The notes under the pieces were generated by a model, which worked only from the letters and a program-made list of their open reading frames with translations, made no database searches and was not told the DNA's origin. From Geotalea uraniireducens Rf4 (GTDB taxonomy: Bacteria > Desulfobacterota > Desulfuromonadia > Geobacterales > Geobacteraceae), in the NCBI RefSeq assembly GCF_000016745.1, contig NC_009483.1, positions 1,530,001 to 1,562,000 on the forward strand: DNA of 32,000 nucleotides, given 5' to 3'. Shown here one piece after another: positions 26,153 to 32,000 of the stretch; the first letter of the stretch is position 1, and each line of letters begins with the position of its first letter. A program made the position numbers and the translations under genes.

Positions 26153-28486
26153 ATGAAGATTTCCAGTAAGGTATTAGTGCTATTCTTCTTCACCATTGCG
26201 CTTGGAGTCGGCCAGTTGTGGATTTCGGATGCGACTGCACAATCATCGTACTTCACGAGCAGAGGCTGCGTTAACTGCCATGCAGCCCCAACAGTTGCCA
26301 CCTGCAACGGCTGTCATCACCATGGGAATTCATCGTTGAAAGCAGTCACCGACAAGACTTCCTACGCACCTGGGGAGACGGTAACGGCAACCCTCAGCGG
26401 CGGCAGCAGAACCGGCTGGATCAGGGCCATTCTGTATGACCAGAACAACACTCAAGTTGCCGTATCGAACGGGAACGCCAGCGGCATGGGTGGTTCAACC
26501 ACGTTCCCGGCGGCTCTGACCGCATCGGCGCCAACAACGCCGGGCAGCTATACCTGGAAGATGGCCTATTTTGGCAACCAGGATGGCACAGGGACTGGGG
26601 ATGTCCACAGTGAGGTGACTGTCAACACCAATTCATTCACCGTTGCCGCACCACCAGCACCAGCCGACACCACTGCACCGACTGTAAGCACCTTTACCCT
26701 GCCTGCAACCGCCACCAGCCTGAACGTGCCGGTTACCGCATTTACCGCAACGGACAACGTCGGCGTTACCGGTTACATGATCACCCTGAGCGCTACAGCT
26801 CCTTCTGCCGCTTCTACCAGCTGGACTGCTTCAGCCCAGTCAAACGTCACAGCCGCAGGTGCCGGCACGACAACGTTCTATGCCTGGGCCAAGGATGCGG
26901 CGGGTAATGTGTCGCTCTCCAAAAGCGCCAGCGTGAGCATATCGCTGCCTGACACTGCTGCACCGGTAGTTTCTGCCTTTACCCTGCCGGCGACCGCAAC
27001 CAGCCTCACCGTTCCGGTCACAGTATTCACCGCCACGGATAACGTAGGTGTTATCGGTTACTTGGTCACGATGAGTGCCACGGCACCTTCCGCCTCAGCA
27101 ACAGGTTGGACGGCAACAGCACCGGCGAGCGTTACCGCAACAGCTTCCGGCCTTACTCTGTTTTACGCCTGGGCCAAGGATGCAGCGGGTAATGTTTCAC
27201 TTGCCAAGAGTGCCGGCGTGACAGTAACTATTACTACAGCTGACACCACACCACCAACCCTGACCATCTCGGCCCTTGCAAATGGCGCCTACACCAACAA
27301 AGCCACTCTCAACATCAGCGGCAATGCCAGCGATGCAGGCGGACTCCAGTCCGTTACCGTTAACGGCGAGGCAGTTGTTGTCAACCCCGACGGGTCCTTC
27401 AGCGCCGCCCTGACCCTTGCAGTCGGAGCCAATACCGTTACGGTTATCGCCACCGACAAGGCCGGCAACAAGCAGACTGATATCCGTACAATAACCTTTG
27501 ATCCAGCTGCACCGGTTCTCACCGTCTCGGCCCCGGCCGATAACAGCAGCTCAGCCCAGGCGTTCATTACCCTGACCGGCGCTATTAACGAAACCTCTAC
27601 GGTTACGGTCACAGACAACAACGGCAGCCCGCAAGCCGCCATCATCAACGGCAACAACTTTACCGCCACCGCCAATCTGGTGTCGGGCGTCAACACCATC
27701 GTTATCACTGCTGCCGACCTGGCAGGCAACATTACCAGCGCCAAGCGGACAGTAACCTATGACAGCGGCAAGATGACTCTGGCGGTGACCTATCCCAATC
27801 AGGACATTACCACCAGGAATTCGAGCCTGGTCCTCAAGGGCAGCATCGTTGACGCGTTAAGCAAAGTTACCGTTAAAATCACCATGAATGGCCGCACCTA
27901 TACCCCTAAGGTCACTAACGGCGCTTTTTCGCAAAAACTCACCTTCACGAAGGCTAAACAGTATTCCATTACCATCACTGCCAGGGATACGGCCGGCAAC
28001 AGCAGTAGCGTAAGTCGCAACGTGATCTACCGTCCTGCCGAAAAGGGTGACGATGACGACGACAATGACAACGACAACGACAACGGAAGCAGCAACGGCA
28101 GCGGCAGCAGCAACGGCAGCGGCAGCAGCACCAGTCACTCCTTCGGCTGGACTAACCCGAAGAGCAGCCACCCTGATTACGTGGAAAAAAACGGCGTCGG
28201 CAACTGCGTCAGCTGCCACAGCATCGATCAGGCTTCAAAGGGGCAGACGATGAGCTGCTACAACTGCCACGGTAAGAAATGGGATACACCTTCGACTGGA
28301 GGCGGTGATTCCGGCGGCAGCGGCAGCAGCACCAGTCACTCCTTCGGCTGGACTAACCCGAAGAGCAGCCACCCTGATTACGTGGAAAAAAACGGCGTCG
28401 GCAACTGCGTCAGCTGCCACAGCACCGACCAGGCCTCCGAGGGGCAGACGATGAGCTGCTACAACTGCCACGGTAAAAAATGGTAG
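26153..28486 (+). CDS. secreted or cell-surface modular multiheme c-type cytochrome (six CXXCH) with Ig-like repeat domains
   Basis: SD AAAGGAG plus a signal peptide. N-terminal paired motifs CVNCH-7 aa-CNGCH. Two tandem modules of about 95 aa and three further Ig-like modules of about 88 aa (..ATDKAGN.., ..AADLAGN.., ..ARDTAGN..). Asp/Asn and Ser/Gly linker, then two near-identical C-terminal di-heme modules (CVSCH-12 aa-CYNCH). Confidence 0.88.
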   Translation: MKISSKVLVLFFFTIALGVGQLWISDATAQSSYFTSRGCVNCHAAPTVATCNGCHHHGNSSLKAVTDKTSYAPGETVTATLSGGSRTGWIRAILYDQNNTQVAVSNGNASGMGGSTTFPAALTASAPTTPGSYTWKMAYFGNQDGTGTGDVHSEVTVNTNSFTVAAPPAPADTTAPTVSTFTLPATATSLNVPVTAFTATDNVGVTGYMITLSATAPSAASTSWTASAQSNVTAAGAGTTTFYAWAKDAAGNVSLSKSASVSISLPDTAAPVVSAFTLPATATSLTVPVTVFTATDNVGVIGYLVTMSATAPSASATGWTATAPASVTATASGLTLFYAWAKDAAGNVSLAKSAGVTVTITTADTTPPTLTISALANGAYTNKATLNISGNASDAGGLQSVTVNGEAVVVNPDGSFSAALTLAVGANTVTVIATDKAGNKQTDIRTITFDPAAPVLTVSAPADNSSSAQAFITLTGAINETSTVTVTDNNGSPQAAIINGNNFTATANLVSGVNTIVITAADLAGNITSAKRTVTYDSGKMTLAVTYPNQDITTRNSSLVLKGSIVDALSKVTVKITMNGRTYTPKVTNGAFSQKLTFTKAKQYSITITARDTAGNSSSVSRNVIYRPAEKGDDDDDNDNDNDNGSSNGSGSSNGSGSSTSHSFGWTNPKSSHPDYVEKNGVGNCVSCHSIDQASKGQTMSCYNCHGKKWDTPSTGGGDSGGSGSSTSHSFGWTNPKSSHPDYVEKNGVGNCVSCHSTDQASEGQTMSCYNCHGKKW
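26666..27241 (+). repeat. tandem coding repeat, two units of about 285-291 bp (Ig-like modules)
   Basis: The units start at 26666 (DTTAPTVSTFTLPATATSLNVPVTAFTATDNVGVTGY...FYAWAKDAAGNVSLSKSASV) and 26951 (DTAAPVVSAFTLPATATSLTVPVTVFTATDNVGVIGY...FYAWAKDAAGNVSLAKSAGV). Confidence 0.85.
28115..28483 (+). repeat. direct duplication of a 168-bp di-heme module (copies at 28115-28282 and 28316-28483, period 201 bp)
   Basis: By manual alignment the copies differ at only 6 positions. Five of these cluster at 28224-28238 (SIDQASK versus STDQASE) and one lies at 28276. Confidence 0.9.
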
Positions 28487-28533
28487 AAGCATCTGCTTTG
28501 CAGTGGCGATGATCGCTCTGGGAGGAAAACGGT

Positions 28534-28573
28534 AAAAAAGCTGGCAGGGGCGCAAATCCCTGCCAGCTTTTTT
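28534..28573. terminator. bidirectional rho-independent terminator between convergent genes
   Basis: AAAAAA-GCTGGCAGGG (loop GCGCAAAT) CCCTGCCAGC-TTTTTT: an 11-bp G/C-rich stem flanked by an A tract and a T tract. Confidence 0.75.
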
Positions 28574-28732
28574 GTGTGTGCGCCAGGCATGGCGCGTGGC
28601 GCGTAAGCGAACAGGAATCGTACATGAGGCATTGCTCGAAGCCCCATACCATTCAGGCAGGTGCGGCTGTAGATGCGGCGGATATGTGGACCCAAAGGGC
28701 CTAAAGGAGGAAGGTCACGGATATTGAAGTCT

Positions 28733-30649
28733 TCATCTCTTGTCTTGCATGCGATTAAGCTCAACAATCTTTTTTCTTATGATTTCGTCAGGATAAAGGC
28801 GCAGTGCCGCTTCATATTCCCTTTTGGCATCCTGTATCTTTTCTTCCTTGGCATAAAGCTCTCCGAGGCGTATGTGTGCATCCGGGGAAGCGGGCGAGAT
28901 TTTTATTGCAGCAAGATATGCCCACCGTGCGTTGGATAATTCTCCTTTGCCTTCATATACCAGCCCGAGAAATACATGTGGAACGGGATCATGTGGATTC
29001 AAACGCGCGGCAGTCAACAGCTCACTGGCTGCTTCATCGTACATTTTTTGAATGAGCAGGGATTTCCCAAGGTTGATACGTGCGTTTGTATCACTTGGTT
29101 TGAGTCTTATTGCGGTCCGAAATTCCTCAATCCCTGCCCCTGTTTTTCCCTGTTCGAACAGGGCGATTCCCAAGTTGGTATGAACCCTGGATTTTTTTGG
29201 GCTTTTTCTGGCTACGTCGCTCCAGAATGTTACACTGTCCGCCCATATCGTATTTCTTGCCATGCCGGCTGCCGAGAGGCACAAAATGACGGCACTCAGT
29301 GTTCTGAGCGCGACTTTGGATGCAAAGAAAGATTTCCCCGTACGATGGCTGTAGAGAGATGCGATCCCTGCAATGATTGACATGAAAAAGCCTATGGAGG
29401 GGAGATATGCCCTGTGCTCGAAGATAAGGTCGTCGATGGGAATGATGCTTGACTCTACCGACAGGGTGATGAAAAACCAGCAAATACCGAAGGCAATGAT
29501 TTTGAAAAGATGACGTTCGGGAAGACGACGATCCCTTGACCGGTAAAGTACATATATGCCCGTCCCCAGAATCAGCAGAAGGAAGCCGAGGGGCATCAGT
29601 ACCGCGGAACTGAAAAAGTTTTTCTGGAGAGGGTAATCATAATCGAAATTTTGCCCGATCGGCATAACCAGCAACCGGAGATAGGTGGTGATGACGCCGA
29701 ATTGGGTCATCAGGTAGTCCCATGGGGATACACTGCGAAAATTAACCAGGTTTATCGAGTCGATGATGGCGTCGGATTCGTCTGGTTTTGCCAGGGATGA
29801 TAACTCCATGAGATCGACGGGAATAATTGCCATGGTTAACAGAAAAGGAACCAGTCTGGCAATCCTCTTGCCGATGCTCCCGTAAAAGAAGATAAACTCG
29901 AACAGGGTAATAATGACAGGGAGCGTGAAGGCATTTTCCTTCGTTTTCATGGCAAGAATCGCGGCGATAACAGAAATTACGTAACAGGCCGTGCGGGCAG
30001 TTGTCGTCGCGCCAAGCCTGCCTTTCACATACAGGACCAGCGAGCCGAGATAAAACAGGGTGACGAGTGGAGTGAATCGTTGGATGATGTAGGTTACCGC
30101 CTGGGTTTGCAGCGGATGACAGGCAAAAAGCAAAGCACAGAAAAGTGGCAGGTAGCGCAATTTTACCGCAGGAGAATCGCTTTTCTCCTGTTCGTCCGCA
30201 GCCATTGCAGGAGTCTGTAACGAAAGAGAGAGCAGAAGATAGACAAGCAGGGCGTTTCCGATATGAATGATCAGGTTTGCAACATGGTACCCCCGAACAT
30301 CGAGTCCGTGGAGCGCGTAGTTCAGGGCGAAGGTGAAGTAGGAAACAGGCCGCAGGATAAAGTTGTTTTTGATATCAGGATTAATTCCAAGATTAAGAAT
30401 CCGGTCTGTATCGGCGAAATAGCTGAAATCTTTAATGGCAGGGTTATTCACCAAATACAGATAATCGTCAAACAGGAACGGGGTTGTGACGGTGTTGAAG
30501 TATACGAAAAATCCAGCGGCAATAATGAAAACGACATGCACGAAAGGCTCATGCCACAGACTGATGTCGTCGTTTTCCGTTTCAGGCGACGAGGAACGTT
30601 TTTCGCGGTGAATCTTGTTCTTTCCTGGTATTTTGGAAGATTTTTTCAT
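28733..30649 (-). CDS. polytopic membrane protein with C-terminal TPR repeats; TMTC/PMT-like GT-C glycosyltransferase candidate
   Basis: 638 aa. The N-terminal part has about 10 TM segments with an FLFDDY acidic motif after TM1, as in PMT/TMTC-type GT-C enzymes. The C-terminal 170 aa or so are TPR repeats (NLGIALFEQGKTGAGIEEFRTAIRLKP..., AHIRLGELYAKEEKIQDAKREYEAALRLYP). Confidence 0.7.
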   Translation of the reverse strand: MKKSSKIPGKNKIHREKRSSSPETENDDISLWHEPFVHVVFIIAAGFFVYFNTVTTPFLFDDYLYLVNNPAIKDFSYFADTDRILNLGINPDIKNNFILRPVSYFTFALNYALHGLDVRGYHVANLIIHIGNALLVYLLLSLSLQTPAMAADEQEKSDSPAVKLRYLPLFCALLFACHPLQTQAVTYIIQRFTPLVTLFYLGSLVLYVKGRLGATTTARTACYVISVIAAILAMKTKENAFTLPVIITLFEFIFFYGSIGKRIARLVPFLLTMAIIPVDLMELSSLAKPDESDAIIDSINLVNFRSVSPWDYLMTQFGVITTYLRLLVMPIGQNFDYDYPLQKNFFSSAVLMPLGFLLLILGTGIYVLYRSRDRRLPERHLFKIIAFGICWFFITLSVESSIIPIDDLIFEHRAYLPSIGFFMSIIAGIASLYSHRTGKSFFASKVALRTLSAVILCLSAAGMARNTIWADSVTFWSDVARKSPKKSRVHTNLGIALFEQGKTGAGIEEFRTAIRLKPSDTNARINLGKSLLIQKMYDEAASELLTAARLNPHDPVPHVFLGLVYEGKGELSNARWAYLAAIKISPASPDAHIRLGELYAKEEKIQDAKREYEAALRLYPDEIIRKKIVELNRMQDKR

Positions 30650-30766
30650 CGGTTCTCCAGGCGGCCGGTGGCAGAGATAAGGTCATTGCTTTCTGACACC
30701 TATTAGGAGAAAACGCACATTCTCAATGGCAATATTCTGGCTCCAAGTACGAAATTACAATGATTT

Positions 30767-32000
30767 CTACTTGTGTAAATTCATTTGCCATGGCGGCGGC
30801 CAGATTTTGATTGGATAATTATTGTTTGTTCTCCAAATGCTAAGCTCTTCCTTCCATTTTGGCCATGATGGATCATACGAAAAGTTCATCATCACAGGTC
30901 TATATTGAATAAATGAAACAGATAATGACATCAAAACGAGAATAACCGAAACGTAGCTAAAAAATTTAGAAATAGTTTTATCGTTGATAGCACCAACGAT
31001 TAATACCATAATCATTATACTTGGTGCAAAAGTATAGCGAGGTCCACCGGACATATTAACGGAAAACAATGTTGATATTATTGTAACCAAGACTAATGAC
31101 AACATAATTATCTGGGTATCAAGTTGTTTGAATTTTTTGTATGACAATATAGAGATATAGATAATTATTAATAAGCCAAAGCCGGTTTCTATGAAGTCAA
31201 ACTGATAAGATAATATCGATGGGCCAATAACTGTGGACATTATATTACGAACGGCAGCCTCTATTTGTATTACTGATGGAAAGTTAAATATAAAGAGTCC
31301 TAGAAAAGGCGCAGAGAATTCAAATTTAATTAATTTGCTAATCATATAGACCGGGCTGCAGTATACTAAACGTTGTGACAGTCCAGACTCATGCGTTATT
31401 AGTGAATAAGTAAATACACTAATCTGTACCAATAAACAGGCCATTAATATAGCAGTATGTATTATCACCGGTTTAGATTTTGTTTTTATAGCCTTTAATA
31501 AAAACGCTGGTATCATAACGCATGATAAGATACCGGTTAGACCGTTTAGTGCCAGCAAATAGTATTGAGCAATAAGCACTTTACGATTATTAGCATGATG
31601 GTCATAAAGTAAGATCAAAAAAGAGAGAATGCAAAGCCAGTATTGGACTCCTATTGTAGTAACCCAAATTCTTGCATATGCTAAAACTTGAATAAAAAGT
31701 GCAACGGCAAATTTCTTAAATAGTGTATTAAGTATCGGAATATTCCACCAAATAACAACACTTGATACAAATACCTGTACAAAAAATGCTAGATAAGTAG
31801 TTACGTAAGGAGCATAATCAAGCGGAACCATCATTGCAATAGATGTAGCTATACTGTTATAGAGAGTATTATAACCGAATTGTGGAGATAGTAAATTATT
31901 CAACCATGTATGATTGTATGCATAAGAGAAATAGTTAGTTCCTTCTTCAGCCCAAAAACGTGGTTCGATGAGCATCTCTGGTTGACGTATATATGCAACA
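30767..32000 (-). CDS. AT-rich polytopic membrane protein of unknown function (GT-C-like or polysaccharide-related?), 5' end outside the window
   Basis: The frame is open to the right window edge. More than 400 aa with about 10 or more hydrophobic segments; an acidic FWAEEG motif lies near the N-terminal end. Base composition is strikingly AT-rich compared with the rest of the window. Confidence 0.6.
   Translation of the reverse strand, partial: VAYIRQPEMLIEPRFWAEEGTNYFSYAYNHTWLNNLLSPQFGYNTLYNSIATSIAMMVPLDYAPYVTTYLAFFVQVFVSSVVIWWNIPILNTLFKKFAVALFIQVLAYARIWVTTIGVQYWLCILSFLILLYDHHANNRKVLIAQYYLLALNGLTGILSCVMIPAFLLKAIKTKSKPVIIHTAILMACLLVQISVFTYSLITHESGLSQRLVYCSPVYMISKLIKFEFSAPFLGLFIFNFPSVIQIEAAVRNIMSTVIGPSILSYQFDFIETGFGLLIIIYISILSYKKFKQLDTQIIMLSLVLVTIISTLFSVNMSGGPRYTFAPSIMIMVLIVGAINDKTISKFFSYVSVILVLMSLSVSFIQYRPVMMNFSYDPSWPKWKEELSIWRTNNNYPIKIWPPPWQMNLHK

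Noticed and set aside
28047-28555. Regularly spaced repeats that could superficially suggest a CRISPR-like array, plus alternative-frame ORFs (28047-28253 on the plus strand, 27857-28219 and 28235-28555 on the minus strand)
   Set aside because: There are only two long (168-bp) copies. They are in frame within a clearly coding gene and encode CXXCH modules. The alternative-frame ORFs are Ala-rich shadows of the triplet repeats.

Overview
The window looks like a chromosomal segment from a Geobacter/Desulfuromonadales-type deltaproteobacterium. Support for this: GC-rich coding DNA, a PpcA-like triheme cytochrome c7, di-heme cytochrome c peroxidase, an NtrC-type sigma54 activator and a large multiheme surface protein. 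All homology calls are from memory of protein families and motifs; nothing was searched.

Nt 1 to about 21,000 is mostly core-like:
- tail of a tripartite efflux pump (HlyD adaptor, DUF1622, NodT lipoprotein);
- two orphan radical SAM enzymes flanking an MqsR/MqsA toxin-antitoxin module;
- cytochrome c7, acylphosphatase and NAD-dependent DNA ligase LigA;
- an Fe(III)-type ABC importer;
- a frameshifted porin fused to an FG-GAP-like ORF;
- a small secreted protein, then a sensor kinase with a periplasmic solute-binding-type sensor and a sigma54-dependent response regulator.

Nt about 21,000 to 32,000 is visibly lower in GC and looks accessory:
- a GT4 glycosyltransferase with a 79-aa unknown protein;
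- CcpA with a Haem_bd-domain protein;
- a Phd/ParE toxin-antitoxin pair whose toxin is split by a 219-bp MITE with a 9-bp target-site duplication;
- a 777-aa six-heme, Ig-like-repeat surface protein;
- a TPR-containing GT-C (TMTC/PMT-like) membrane glycosyltransferase;
- a strongly AT-rich polytopic membrane protein that runs off the right edge.

I found no rRNA, tRNA, CRISPR array, transposase or integrase.

Most notable observations:
- the MITE-disrupted parE, whose intact ORF can be rebuilt by excising the element in silico;
- an orphan 26-nt perfect ligA fragment (about 40 nt with flanks) 10.9 kb from ligA;
- the porin frameshift plus in-frame fusion;
- a 163-bp palindromic element that overlaps the ligA stop codon;
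- the modular cytochrome with a recent internal duplication, next to glycosyltransferases;
- a possible GEMM-I-like leader upstream of that cytochrome.
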